The notes: generated from the letters alone by a model not told the origin. Shown: positions 26,403-41,182, numbered from the stretch's first letter. The stretch is DNA of 64,000 bases from Octopus sinensis (GCF_006345805.1 NC_042998.1:127658001-127722000); one strand, 5' to 3'. Made by a program: numbers and translations.

Positions 26403-26779
26403 ATTTTTTCTGTTTTGGAAAGATAACGAAGGGGTATTTATATGGATGATCTCATCTGTCTTCCACGTTGTAAGCTCGAATTATTTAGGATCTTTCACAG
26501 TAGAGTGTACAAATAGTATTTGAATATGTTTACATGATTATATCCTTGTTGTTTTACGGTAGAATACTGAGAAAGCTTTGAGCTTTTGAAATCTAGGCAC
26601 TCTTATCATCATCTGGTCATAAATTTATTTCGAATGTGTCCGATATTTGGTACTAATTAGGTACGTCCAGTTTAGTAAGTCCCATAATTTCTAATACTAA
26701 AATTAGCTATTGGTATTTGCAGGACGAACACACACACACTCACACACATTCATAAGCACGGTGAAATAAAAGCAAAGGG

Positions 26780-26862
<83 letters not shown>

Positions 26863-26887
26863 CAGAGAGAGAGAGAGAGAGAGAAAG

Positions 26888-26975
<88 letters not shown>
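26780..26975. repeat. (TAGA)n-(GA)n-(TAGA)n microsatellite
   Basis: Direct tandem repeats. Confidence 0.97.
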
Positions 26976-27303
26976 TGTGATTCAACTTGTTTGACTTCGT
27001 ATTTGTCCCTCTTCAACCCGGTAGTAGCCTCGTCTTGAATCATATTTATTCACGTTTGTATGCCCACTTTCTGCATTGCAGATTTATTTATTTCATGTTT
27101 GTTTGTTCGTTTTCTGTCATGTTTTGTCTTTTGTTCCTTGACTCGCAATTTCCCGGCAACTTGTTACTGCCAAGACCACTATAAGTGGAATAATATTATC
27201 GTTAAAGGCGTGAAATTGCATTTGACCCTCTGGCCCAAAATTGATGAGGATGTGGTGACTTTCTGTGTCTAGTGGCTGTTTGTCTGTGCATTCATTATAC
27301 GTT

Positions 27304-27336
<33 letters not shown>

Positions 27337-27391
27337 TATGGAGATGTACTTGCATAGCAAGTAACCTGATCTCTGATTGTATGCTGGAACC

Positions 27392-27579
27392 AAAACTGTT
27401 GCAACGCGGAAGGTGTTTATAAGCCATTTCAGAAACACACAACAACCGTTGGATTCAAGGAATTTTGTCAGTGAACAGGTCGCGGTCTCAAAGCGAAAAT
27501 ATTTTGGCAAATTAAATTTAAACGGTTGTTGTGTGTTTCTTAAATGGCTTATAAACACCTTCCATGCTGCAATTGTTTT
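27392..27579. mobile_element. MITE-like hairpin element with ~58-bp TIRs
   Basis: ggaaggtgtttataagccatttcagaaacacacaacaaccgtt is repeated inverted at 27521-27563 with one mismatch; the outer part is more diverged. Confidence 0.75.
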
Positions 27580-27628
27580 TGTTATACATATACACGCAGC
27601 CGCACACGCACACACACACACACACACA

Positions 27629-27696
<68 letters not shown>

Positions 27697-27774
27697 TAGC
27701 ACTCCGTCGGTTACACAGAAAGACAGAGAGACGGACAGACAGATAGACAGACATACAGACAGAGAGAGAGAGAG

Positions 27775-27831
<57 letters not shown>

Positions 27832-27955
27832 TACGATAATGCTTGTGTTGTAGCTACAAAGAATTATTTATGGAGGCAAGTAAATTTGTAAGTATTCATA
27901 GCAATTTATAATTTACACAACTGCACATATGTTTAAGCTAATGCGTATATCTGAT

Positions 27956-27994
<39 letters not shown>

Positions 27995-28533
27995 GGAAAT
28001 ACATGGATTTTATCACTTTCACGTAGATCTTTGCAAATGATTACGGACGTGAGCGACGATATTTTAGAAATATACACGTGTCTTGTTAGCTTGTATACTT
28101 GTGCACTTGTTTGTGTAAATATTTCTAGTTATATTTATATATGCTTGTTCTACGTTTCTATAATTGAGAATTTCAAATTCATTGCCAGCTTTTATAAATT
28201 ATTAATTCGTCTATATATGGCATGTGATTACATATAACACAATTTTAACATTCAGTGAAGCAGATTGCCAATGAATATGTGAAAAATTGTCTCATTTCCA
28301 GCTATTTCAGTATAATAGGTTGTCTGAGAATTACATACGTTTTGAGCACTCACACATGCGCACGCCCACATACACACACTCTCACACACACATTGATGTT
28401 GTCGCTGGAACACTACAATCACGCTTGAAACACGGAGTACCAAGGAATTTGGATCAAACTCCTTGATCCATATATGTAACTCCTGATTGATGTGTCAAGT
28501 GCCTTTCTTTCGCTTTGTTTATTCACCCTTGTG

Positions 28534-28567
<34 letters not shown>

Positions 28568-28734
28568 TATATTAGAAAAAATGAGGTAATCAGATCAGAT
28601 GGTTCATATTTGTAGATATTTATTTATATATTACATTTTTTACATATATATCATATCATGTCATTCGGATTAGCGCTTTCTCCCATTCTATGTAAAAATG
28701 TATGTGTGTGTGTGTATATATGTATATATATATA

Positions 28735-29247
28735 AACTTAGATAAACTTAGATATGTTTCGACCAGAGATTGGTCCAGGCCATGTCTAACTTAATAGCAC
28801 CACCTGATAGGATTATTCGAATCCTGTTTAAGTCAAGTTTTGTTCAAGTAGTGAGTTCTTGTTGGGTGAGTTGTATCCAATTATGGGTGGCTTATCTGGT
28901 ATTCTTTCAAGGAATCTATCCAGACTCTGTTTGAAGTTGATGGGATCCTTTTCCTCTTTGATCTCCCTCGGGACAATGTTAAATAGGGCAGGGCCTGTTG
29001 AGGAAAAGAAATTATGTTGCAGTGTACATGTATGTTGTGATCTTGAATTTGGCAGGGGACGTATAGCCCGTGGTCCAAGTCTTGGATGAACCTTGAAGCT
29101 AATGTTTAGGTCGTTTGGGCAAAGTTGGCGGTATATTTTCCACATCGTACAAATGATGTACCGCTCACGACGACGCTGGAGGGAGTAAAGTTTCAAGGCT
29201 TTAAGGCGATCCCAATAATCAAGAGCAGCCACGCCTTCAATTTGTTT

Positions 29248-29250
<3 letters not shown>
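28735..29250 (-). mobile_element. CR1-clade LINE 3' fragment
   Basis: LDYWDRLKALKLYSLQRRRERYII...GPALFNIVP..FKQSLDRFLERIPDKP, stop at 28828; 3' UTR ends in a 10-bp tandem repeat (taaacttaga x2 on the plus strand). Confidence 0.88.
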
Positions 29251-29302
<52 letters not shown>

Positions 29303-29309
29303 ATAGTTT

Positions 29310-30190
29310 CCATAAAGTCTCTTTAAAATTAAAAAAAATTACTACAAAGGCAGTTGACAAGATATCTTAACCAGATTTTTTTTATTGTAATAATTGTTTA
29401 TTAAAGTTTAACTGTTATTTAATAGACCTCAATATGGGCAGTATTAGTTGCGCGAAGCACATCAAGACGATATTCCATTTCTTGCCATGTTCGCTGTAGA
29501 ATAGCCTCATCAACGGTGGCAATGGCATTGCGAATCCTTTGCTTCAAGTCAGCAATGTCTCGTATCTTTGTTTGATACGCGATATCTTTTACATAACCCC
29601 ATAAAAAGAAGTCCAAGGGAGTGATATCTGGCGAACACGGTGACCATGGAATTGGCCCATCCCCTCCAATCCATCGGTCTAGAAATGTGTGATTGAGGAA
29701 CTGACGAACATGTCGTCCCCAATGTGGTGGTGCACCATCTTGCTGGAAAATGATGGTTAGTTGTAAATCAATCAGTTGTAGTGCCACATATTCGGTGAAA
29801 GGGCCAAGGCAAACATCTGTAGTAATTGTTGCCTCGTTGAAGAAAATTGGACCAATTATTCGATTGCACATGATTCCACACCACACATTCACTTTTGGAC
29901 TATCCCGTTGAAGCTCCCTTGTCACATAGGAGTGTTCTGATCCCCAGATTCTCACATTGTGTCTGTTTAATTTCCCTTGAAACATGAAAACAAACTCGCT
30001 TGAGGAATGCTTCATCCTCGTTTCATAAGGGTTCAGTGAATCAGTTCCCTTCTATCAACAGAGAATATGAAACAAAACAAAAAACATTTAATAAACAATT
30101 ATTAAAATAAAATAAATCTGGTTAAAATATCTCATCAAATGCCTTTGTAATAATTTTTTTTAATTGTAAAGAGACTTTATGGACACCCTG
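29310..30190 (-). mobile_element. Internally deleted Tc1/mariner DD41D (rosa-type) element with ~95-bp TIRs
   Basis: ORF 29419-30015: NRHNVRIWG..KVNVWCG..FQQDGAPPH..WSPCSPDITPLDFFLWGYVK (41 aa between the last two D). TIR at 29310-29402 is the inverse of ~30090-30182; the right end CAGGGTGTCC abuts TA; no HTH domain. Confidence 0.92.
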
Positions 30191-30194
30191 TATA

Positions 30195-30227
<33 letters not shown>

Positions 30228-30335
30228 CATACATACATACAGAGTAAAATAATGGAAACACCTAGCATCATAGCATCATAATTTCATCATTATTTCATCG
30301 AACACGAAAAGAAAGGCAAAGTCGCGATATATATA

Positions 30336-30750
30336 GGCGCAGGAGTGGCTGTGTGGCAAGTAGCTTGCTTACCAACCACATGGTTCTGGATTCAGTCATA
30401 CGGCGTGGCACTTGGGTAAATGTCTTCTACTATAGCTTTGGGCCCACCAAATCCTTGTCAGTGGATTTAGTGGTTGGAAACTGAAAGAAACCTGTCGTAT
30501 ATATATGTATGTATGTATGTGTGTGTGTGCGCGTGTGCGCGCGTTTTTGTGTCTGTGTTTGTCCCCCACCATAGCTTGACAACCGATGTTGGTAAGTTTG
30601 TCTCCGTAACTTAGAGGTTCGGCAAATGAACCCGATAGAATAAGTTCTAGGCTTACAAAGAATAAGTCCTGGGGTCGATTTGTTCGCCTAATGGCCTTCC
30701 TCCATCAAGGCCGCAGTTAAATGACTGAAACAAACAAAATAAAAGAATAA
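30336..30750 (+). mobile_element. Full-length tRNA-derived cephalopod-type SINE
   Basis: A-box tggctgtgtgg and B-box-like ggattcagtc, central (TG)n, 3' ...aatgactgaaacaaacaaaataaaagaa tail. Confidence 0.9.
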
Positions 30751-30781
30751 ATATATATATATATAATATATTATATATATT

Positions 30782-30908
30782 ATTTATTTATAGAAGGAGG
30801 CTTCTACAGGACTAGAATGTTTCATTCAAATGAAATCATCAGGAAGCCTGATGATTTCATTGAATGAAACAGTTCTAGTCCTGTAGAAGCTCCTTCTATA
30901 AAATAAAT
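30782..30908. repeat. Near-perfect palindrome with ~62-bp arms and a 3-nt loop
   Basis: ...gaaatcatcagg-aag-cctgatgatttc...; the arms differ only by four single-base indels. Confidence 0.92.
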
Positions 30909-30973
30909 TAATTACTCTGCCATGTATTGAGTACCTTATTTACTGTGGTTAACCCCGACTCAACCCGGGACCT

Positions 30974-31027
<54 letters not shown>

Positions 31028-31089
31028 TATATGTGCATATACATATGTTGCAAACCTCCCTATGCAACAGACGTGTGTAATTATTACAT

Positions 31090-31500
31090 AATGCCACTGG
31101 AATGAACATAGAGAATCCGACTGTTATTCAATACATACACAAACATCAACACAAGGAATATTGGTTGAATATTCCCATCAAAATATCTGTCAAATGTAAG
31201 TATAACTGCCCGATATTGTTGACAGACAAGAAAAAGTGTGTACCATCATAGAGGTTAGCTGTCCTGAGTGAATATCTAATTGAAAATCAAAGAGAAAGTG
31301 GATAACTATGGAAAACTGCTTCGAAACCGCCTGCTTCTATATTCAGATTATACATTCACATTTGTACCAATAATAATTGGTGCACCTGACTGGCGATCTG
31401 GATAAGTTGCGGTTATCATGAAAGGAAATCAACTAATTAACTTGCACATTACAAGTACAATATGTACGTAGAAGGGTAAATGTGAGCACAACTTTCCTCA
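31090..31500 (+). mobile_element. Degenerate restriction-like-endonuclease LINE (R4/R2 group) 3' fragment
   Basis: EYWLNIPIK..PDIVDRQEKVCTIIEVSCP..KEKVDNYGKLLRN..YSDYTFTFVPIIIGA. Confidence 0.7.
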
Positions 31501-31780
31501 ATTGTATTTCCTCATTGTATTCGTTATCTACATTCCAACGATGGTGTTTTTGTATCTTTGTCAGAAGCCAACTCTTTACTCAAAGGAGGAACTCAAATAA
31601 TTAAAAGCAGAAGTGAATATACATGCATACATAAATGTTTGTACACGTGTATTCATACAAACACACATGTGTACTGCTCTCTCTCTCTCTCACTCTGTAT
31701 ATTTTCCTTATTTATTATTAGTGTTGCTTAATATATTTTGCTGAAATCGCTGTTTCTTTTCAAATATCATCATAATAATT

Positions 31781-31895
31781 TCTATCATACGCACAAGGTC
31801 TGAAGTTCTGGGAGACGGAACTAATCGATTACATCGACCTCAGTGAGTAACTGGTACTTATTTCATCGAACCCAAAAGATGAAAGGCAAAGTTGT
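31781..31895 (-). mobile_element. SINE 3' fragment (second family)
   Basis: gcacaagg..tcgattacatcgacc..actggtacttattt..gatgaaaggcaaag, shared with 58075-58710. Confidence 0.8.
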
Positions 31896-31969
31896 GATAT
31901 ATATATATATATAAATACATACGTACATACATATATGTACATACATACATATATATATATATATATCGC

Positions 31970-32045
31970 AGTGCCCCAATAATTACAGGTATAAACCTGA
32001 ACTTGTAATCTGGCTAGAGTAACTGTAGATTCCTCAATAGTTCAG
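31970..32045 (-). mobile_element. Short REL-LINE fragment (LYPDY.F..IIGA family)
   Basis: Near-copy of 40435-40505; the reverse complement encodes the YPDY..IPVIIGA-type motif also seen at 31340-31390. Confidence 0.6.
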
Positions 32046-32155
32046 CGTAGGTATGTAGGTATTTTCTTTCAGATCATATATGTATATGTGAATGTATGCA
32101 TGTGTGTATGTAGGTATGTATGTATATGCATACATGCATACACGCACACACACAT

Positions 32156-32188
<33 letters not shown>

Positions 32189-33518
32189 CATGTATATGTA
32201 TTTATTCATTCATGTATGTATGTACGTATGTATGTATATATGTATGTCTGTAAGTGTTTTGGATATATTTAAGACATGTTATGCAGAATTGAAGCTGCTT
32301 ATGTCAAAGTAACAAAGATCTTTCGTTTAAGTCAAGACAAGAGTAGTTTGATTTTTGTGGTTATTATCGTTGGTTGATGTCTACAAATATGAGTGTGTAT
32401 ATATATAATAATGTATAAACTTGCATTCCTCTTATATATGTCATAAAATATGCTTGCTTTATTAATGATGAAGTTTGTGTATGTGCATGCGTATGTGTAT
32501 GTGTATTCCATATCTATATGTAATTTCAGGTGTTCAGCCCAAAAGAACCTCTCATAGAGAAATGCTGAAATGTTTTGCAAAATCAATTTACCCATCTCTA
32601 ATCGATTGTAGTTGGAGAATGCGATCAATCTGTTCTGTTTTGTTTTTGGGCTTTCATGCAAACTGATTCGAAATCAAGTACACCTATGATAATATCTATA
32701 AATGGGAATCTATAGTCCAGATATAAGAGCGATATGTCTGCAATTAATCCACAATTGATATTCACCTATTCACAAATATTTAATGAGACATTGCCATTTG
32801 CCGCTCAACTGATCACTGCAGCAATGCATAACATTTGCTTCTAATTCTACTGAACAATATCTGTCCTGTTGTGATTAAACTATGTTGCTGTTTTTACGAC
32901 AATGTTCCGTCAGTATTACTTTTCAACGTGTAAATATATTCTTATGTTGGTGTGCATTTGGTATGGCCTTCTAGACAATCCTTCCTACGTATATAATAGA
33001 AGACGGTTTAACAGCGATATTTCATGAGAAGGTAGGATGTGTCGGGTATTTATTGATAGTTGCTGATTACATGAGCGATATCTTCCGCAGTATGGTACAA
33101 TAAACATTTCCTATCACACCTTGCGGGTTTAGGGTTATCTATATGTCTATCGTTGATCAGATATTTAATAAAACACAGCCCTTTAAGTGAGATGTATTGT
33201 ATTTTTCGCACGTAGAGGACAGACCAACGCTACTATAATGATTTTAGTATTCTCTTGCTAATGAGTTACGTACCCACGCATAACCTTCAGTTGTTTCCCC
33301 TTTTCCCGGTGACTATCAATTCAGAAGATTTACAATCATCGATAGGAGAGTCTCACTGCTGATATAAGTTTTAGCAGAGCCGTTTGCATGGTATATACAC
33401 TCTGTAAATCATATAGCCACATTACTACTTTGCTTTATTTATTCATCTATATCCCAGATCCCTCCCTAAAATCACCGATGATCATCTTATCTTGGTGATA
33501 TGCTTTTACATTATTACA

Positions 33519-33662
33519 GGCGTAGGCGTGCTTGTGTAGTACGAAGTTTGCTTTCTAGTCACATCCATCCGTGTTCAGTCCTATTGTGTGATACCTTGGG
33601 AAAGTGTTAACCAAAGCATTGTTAGTGGATTTGGTAGTCGGAAACTGAAAGAAACCCGTCCT
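33519..33662 (+). mobile_element. Diverged SINE 5' half
   Basis: ggcgtaggcgtgcttgtgtag...gttcagtcc...ggatttggtagtcggaaactgaaagaaacccgtc followed by (TG)n. Confidence 0.8.
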
Positions 33663-33667
33663 TTATG

Positions 33668-33722
<55 letters not shown>

Positions 33723-34197
33723 TGTGTGTATGTGTGTGTGTGTGTCCGAGTTGGCATGATTGTGTGTAGAAGATTATGGTATTCAATGAAATTCCAGACA
33801 AGTTTGATTTCCACGTTTTATTATTTACAACTTTTATAATCATACAATATTTCAAAAAAGTATATTTTATATTTATTCTGATAAATTTAGTACTTTCAAG
33901 TTTACGTAATCGTCAGGTTTATGTAGTAGTAGTAGTAGTAGTAGGAGGAGGAGGAGGAGGAGGAGGAGGAGTGGTAGTGCCAGCAGCAGCAGTGGCACTC
34001 GTACTTCGCAATTGACAAGTGTAGTAAAAATATAAAATTTGTCTTTTAATTGCCTCCCAACAGGCTCCAGCAGGAGTGTATATCATCTGGGTATTTTCAG
34101 TTTTTTTTTCTCTCTATATTCATATATATATATATATATTTATGAGTATATTATATTTATACTATATTCATCAAACCGGAGCATGTTTATTTGCATC

Positions 34198-34241
<44 letters not shown>

Positions 34242-34340
34242 GATCTATATCTGTCTATCTAAATATGCATATATATATATATATATATATACATACATAC
34301 ATCCTTAATATATATGTATAAAATATATATTTATATATAT

Positions 34341-34560
34341 TCTTTTATCCTTTTAGTTGTTTCAGTCATTAGACTGCAGCCATGATGGAGCACTGCCTTA
34401 AAGCGCTTTTTAGACGAAGAAATTGACCCCCCCCCCCAGGACTTAATCTTTGTAAACCTAGTACTTATTCTCTCGGTCACTTTTGCCGAACTGTTAAGTT
34501 ACGGAGACGTAATCACACCAGCATCGGTTATCAAGCGATGGTAAGGGAGACACACAGACA
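34341..34560 (-). mobile_element. SINE 3' half
   Basis: Reverse complement matches 30550-30750 (accatcgcttgataaccgatgctgg...aatgactgaaacaa). Confidence 0.85.
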
Positions 34561-35048
34561 CAAAGGCACACACACACGAACATACACACATACACACATA
34601 CACACTCATACATACACACACATATATACTAAAATGAGGACTCAGATAAAATGAGGTACCTGAAACGGTATGCACCAGGTTAGGTTGGTAATCCCTGTGG
34701 TTCCAGCCTATGATTGGTGAGAGTCGAAATACCTGATAGAATATTTCAGATGTGTTCACAGCGAAAATCAACCCTGTGAGTATTTAGCGCCTAAGGGCTT
34801 TCCAAATCATGCTTTACTCTAGGGTGTCCGACAAGTCATAAATTCCCTTGGTGTATTATAATCAAATGAATAAAAACATACGATGAATAATTGTCAGTTC
34901 ATTACAGCAGTTTCTTACGTAACCTTTTAATAAAAGAATAAGAACATTACTCCATTGTGAAAGACCGTAAAAGACTTCAAATCAGAAGTAATTTTATAAA
35001 CAAGAGATACCTCAAGAATACAGCAGCGATGCAGTTAGAATCTGTCGG

Positions 35049-35355
35049 GGCCAATTATGAAATGGGAGAACGACCAACTATGTTGGCCGTTTAGGTTAAG
35101 AATACACTCCTCGAAAGTGTGTAATATGATATCCAAGGTCCTTGATCCGGATGAGAAGTGGGGGTGCAAGAGTAGATCCTAAGTAAATGTAATAAATTTA
35201 TCACCTACACCCCACTCCAGTCTATCTACCATCAAGTCTAGCAGACTCCTCACCTGAGTCACTGACCTTAGATATCATATTGCACACTTTCAAGGACTAT
35301 ATCCTTAACATAAACGGCCAACATAGTTGGTCATTATCCCATTTCATAGTTGGCC
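35049..35355. mobile_element. Foldback/MITE-like element with 92-bp inverted arms
   Basis: 35049-35140 versus the reverse complement of 35264-35355: 82/92 identical by eye; the spacer is also partly self-complementary. Confidence 0.85.
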
Positions 35356-36198
35356 TGGAGAGAGTCTAGCCACATCCCTGTTGTATTCTTGAGATATTCT
35401 TTTATTTGTAAAATTACCTCTCATCTGATTATTATGGTCTTTTATAATGGAGTAATTTTCTCATTCTTGTATTTAAAAAGTTTCATAGGAAACAGTTGTA
35501 ATGAGCTGACAATTATCCAAGTATGGCCGCTGGTCGATTGTAGGGGATAATCTTTCTATAGGCACAAGTTTATATACACATGAGTTGGTCATGGATGGTA
35601 TTTCCATATTACAAGTGACGAATGCCTGGAAGTTCATTTAAAAGGCGTACACTTGATGGCAACAGTATTTCGCAATTTATGGATATCGTAGCCTGTTGGA
35701 TGGCGTGCAGTTTCTGATACATTCAGAATTGTGCACTTAGAAACTCCATGGAAATAAAGATAAGCTCTGTTAAGTGTCCTCAATATGATGTTTCTCCCAT
35801 TGTCCTGGAATGTGCAGCTGAAACGTAGAAGGGATGTGAATAGTGTCTCTGTCCCTACACCTTAAACATTGCCTGTGTTGTATGAATCTTCCTTTAAATC
35901 ACTGACTATCATGCCACTGTAGTGTTTCGTTATACCAATGGATGGTGTCAGATTGGCTCTGAGTGAGCAGTCAATAGGATTTCGGTAGTTACGGGTTGGT
36001 GTGTATAGAAGACTGCGTGTGGTGTGTTTCCTTCTGTTGTAGCGAGCAAATTTATAAGCGATATTATCTAAGCTGGCGTAGCTATCCTTAAAGTAATGTA
36101 GACTTCTATCCAAGCGTAACTCTCAAGAAATGTCCTGAGCACTACCTTGTTTCGTTTGTTCTCCCACTTGTATATCTATCTATCTATCTATTTATCTA

Positions 36199-36229
<31 letters not shown>

Positions 36230-36234
36230 GTTTG

Positions 36235-36267
<33 letters not shown>

Positions 36268-36799
36268 ATGTCTGTCTGTCTGTTGGTCTGTCTGTCTGTT
36301 CGTCCATCCGTCTGTGTGTCTACCTGCATACCTGTGTATATACATAAGCCACCAACACACACATATACGTATGAATTACAAATCCTGCTTTCAAAGAATC
36401 TCATTTGATTATAGGTCTTCTGTAATATAAGCATGGTTGCCAACTTGAAAAGTTCAGGGTTAGATTTACTATTTCTTTAGTTCTTTTATGTCTTTACGTA
36501 ACGAAGAACTAAAATTCAGCAGACGGAAAAAAGTTTCGTATGTATGTGATGTGTATACATACATACATATACAAAGAGAGTAAGAGGGGGGAGAGGGAAA
36601 TAACCAGATAAGAGAAGTGATGTGAGAGAGCTGATGTTTATTTCATACTTTTACAGCTGTTTCATAACCTTGTTAGATATATAGTAATTGTTACACGAAT
36701 ATTAATACACATAAAAAATATACATATACAAACATATATAAATAGATATATACATAAATGAATAAATATATATAAAAGAAAATACAGGAGGATAAGTTA

Positions 36800-36957
36800 A
36801 TTTTGATTTTATTCAAGGTATTCCCCTCAAATTCACATACTTATTGCAGCGATCTTTCAGTTTTTCCAAGCTCCTTCAAAGAGCACAGAAGGATGGGCCT
36901 CCAACCAGGCTTTTCGCGATACCCTTAAAGCCAAAGACTTTCCAGTGCCCGCTCGTA
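36800..36957. mobile_element. Mariner-derived non-autonomous element end
   Basis: ggtattcccctc..cttattgcagcg..gggcctccaaccagg..gatacccttaaagcc..cccgctcg|TA; a ctcgTA terminus is typical of mariner TIRs. Confidence 0.55.
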
Positions 36958-37592
36958 CATACAATTGTCATTATAATGAGGTGTATTATACGAAGCCATA
37001 CCTGATTTTATATCATACTGCTAAACTGAATGGCGCTGAATAGACACGTTTAACGAATCGGAGAAGGTGTAAATTAGAAGCAAGAACCAATCAGATTTGG
37101 ACATATTTAGGTGATTTTAAAAGCTAGATCCAAGAAGATATTTTATACTCAAATATTCTCTATATCATTTTTCCTCCTAATTTCTGTGCCGCTTCTGTCG
37201 CCCAATAAATTATAGGGGGAAAATAAAATTTACAAATAATTACATTACATTATATCAATTTTATTGTCATTTGATTCTCAGCGCAGAAAGATAAAACAAA
37301 AAAAAACATTCATAAAGTTACAGAAATAAATGAAATGAAAATAATGGAAAACATAAAATAGCCATATATTCTGATTGACCGTAGTAAAGAATGACAGTAA
37401 GCCTTGACGCAAGTTGCAGTATATTATGAAAGGCAGCAATAATGAGAGACAGCGCTTTCCTTAATAAAGGATAGTCGAAAATAATGTATGAGAATGCAAA
37501 TGATTTTCGTGGAAATATTTTATTGAAAACAAACGAGCAGGAAACAGAATTTGATATTGTAAAACAAACACAGCAACATCGATATGTGTATA

Positions 37593-37658
<66 letters not shown>

Positions 37659-37888
37659 AATTTTTTGCATAATGAGATAAAAAAAAAGAAGGGTGCGTAA
37701 ATATTATAACATTTATAGATAGAAGGTCTTACAGACCGTGTGTGAGGTTGGTTAAGTAATAGTTAATTTAAATAGGATACAAAATAGAGAGTGAGGTGGA
37801 GGAAAAAAATAGATGTGAGATATGAAGGGATATTTAATTTGTAGATATATGTACATACATACACACACACACGCACACACACACATAT

Positions 37889-39105
<1,217 letters not shown>

Positions 39106-39106
39106 A

Positions 39107-39500
39107 TCTATGTATATATCTATATATGTAAAGCTGAAGTTGTCTGTGTGTGGCAGGTTTGGTAGCCTTCAACTAACACTATCTCCTCCGAGACCCTGCG
39201 ACGCAAGTTCACCAAAATTGAAAGTATGATAGAAGAAGGCTTGCTCTTCATTCCGTAGGAGATAAAATTCAAATCGGACAATGTTAAGGCCAAAAATTAT
39301 TTACATCAAAAAGGTGCTTTTTATTTATGAAGATCCCTATTTTTTAACGATCTTTTGACTGCTGTGTCGCCATTTTTCGGTGTATTTCAACCAGAAAAAT
39401 GTTCACTTAAAGAGAATAACAAGCTACATAGTGCGAAATTTTTACTTTTCAAAAATTTCAATTCTAAAGGGGCTAAACAAACCCGAGCAACGCCGGGCAA
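39107..39500 (+). mobile_element. Non-autonomous Helitron/HINE-like element
   Basis: 5' aTCtatatatgtaaagctgaagttgtctgtgtg; 3' hairpin cccg-agcaacgc-cggg at 39482-39497; terminal CTAG not seen (runs into (TG)n). Confidence 0.6.
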
Positions 39501-39502
39501 TA

Positions 39503-39544
<42 letters not shown>

Positions 39545-39573
39545 GTGTGTGTGTGTGTATGTGTGTGTGTGCA

Positions 39574-39606
<33 letters not shown>

Positions 39607-40271
39607 ATGTATATATGTATGTACGTATACATACACATATGTAGGAGTGTTGAAAATGTCCTGGCTATGGGTAAAATAATATACAAGAGTATATCAGTTA
39701 ATTATGATCTTATTCGACATATTCCCCTCTGAAATTCACACATTTCTTGCAGTGGTTTCTATACGAGAAACAGATGTAAGCTTATGAACGTGATTGCGTA
39801 ACTTCTATTCCTTTGTCATTCGTTTAATGATATTGTGCTCTATACTCTCCATTAACGTTTTACTCTATATCATAAATATATTGTGTTTTAACAGCTGAAT
39901 ACCAGCATCGTTATACACACAAGCATGCAGGAACGAAATAGAGAAACAGCTTGATGAAATGTTGAGTAAATATCTGAAAATGTTTATAGTCTCCAGCGCT
40001 GATAATGTTATGGCGAATTATTTGCATTTCCTTTCTTTTGTTTGGGAATTTTAAGCATATATTGTCTCTCTATCATAGAGTAAGCTTCATTTTCAGGACC
40101 AAAATACTGTATGTATTATGTATGTATGTCATTATTCCGTTTTATTTCTACATTTCCTGCCCATAGTAACACAATCTGTTTCTAATCTATATCCAAAGCT
40201 CTTTCATTGAAATTTCAGCAACGTCAGCAGGGTGTTTTAGTATATATGGATATATGTATATGTGCTAATTT

Positions 40272-40548
40272 GTATGTTTTGATTTATGCAAGTATTCTCA
40301 TGCATATAGTTGCATGTCTAGACAAGCTCATATATATTTAAAAGATAAAGGTCAGGAAAGTTTTAGACTTTTACAGTTCCCGTGAAGTTTTGAAGGCTTG
40401 AATCCGTAGGCTTCGAATCAGTTTTCTCTTTCTGGTGCCCCAATAATTACAGGTATGAAACTGAACATGTAATCTGGATAGAGCAACTGCAGATTTCTCA
40501 GTATTTATGTTAACATCCGCTGCCCAGCTGCTGTCCCCAACTGTACAC

Positions 40549-40579
<31 letters not shown>

Positions 40580-40905
40580 TGTATATGTATGTATGTATGT
40601 ATGCAAGTATGTCATTTTTCAGTTTTATTACAATATTGCTTGGCAATAGAGAAAGAACCAATTTCTAATCTAGATCCAAGTCTCCTTCATTGCAATATCC
40701 ATATCAAAAACAGGGTACTTTTGTATGTATGTGTATCTTCGTGCAGATTTGTATGTTTTGTTTGATGTATGTCTTCTCATGCATATACTTGCATATCTAC
40801 AGACGCTCATATATACTTAAATGATAAACTTCTGGAAAGTTTTACAGACTTTTACACTTCCACTGATGGATTAGATCTGTAGTCTTCGAATCAGCTTTCT
40901 CCTTT
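40272..40905 (+). repeat. Old ~170-bp direct duplication (40272-40430 / 40750-40905) with a REL-LINE fragment (40430-40540, minus) between the copies
   Basis: ttctcatgcatata..gctcatatata..ggaaagtttt..cttcgaatcag occurs twice; the reverse complement of the middle reads LRNLQLLYPDYMFSFIPVIIGA. Confidence 0.7.
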
Positions 40906-41085
40906 CTTGTTTTGAGAACCCTAATTTCTCATATATGTATGTATGCAAGTAGTATGTATGTATGTATGTATGTATGTATGTATGTATGTATGTATGTATG
41001 TATGTATGGGTATATATGTGTTCGTGTGTGTGTGTACATAGCAATCTATCTATCAGTCTGCTTACGTAGATAGATAGATAGATAT

Positions 41086-41182
<97 letters not shown>

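Noticed and set aside
30336-30420. tRNA-like A/B boxes
   Set aside because: This is the head of a SINE, with no cloverleaf or acceptor stem, so not a tRNA gene.
35640-36140. Possible L1/Tx1 zinc knuckle (CLRCRDRDTIH) on the minus strand
   Set aside because: A single short motif amid many stops; insufficient to call.
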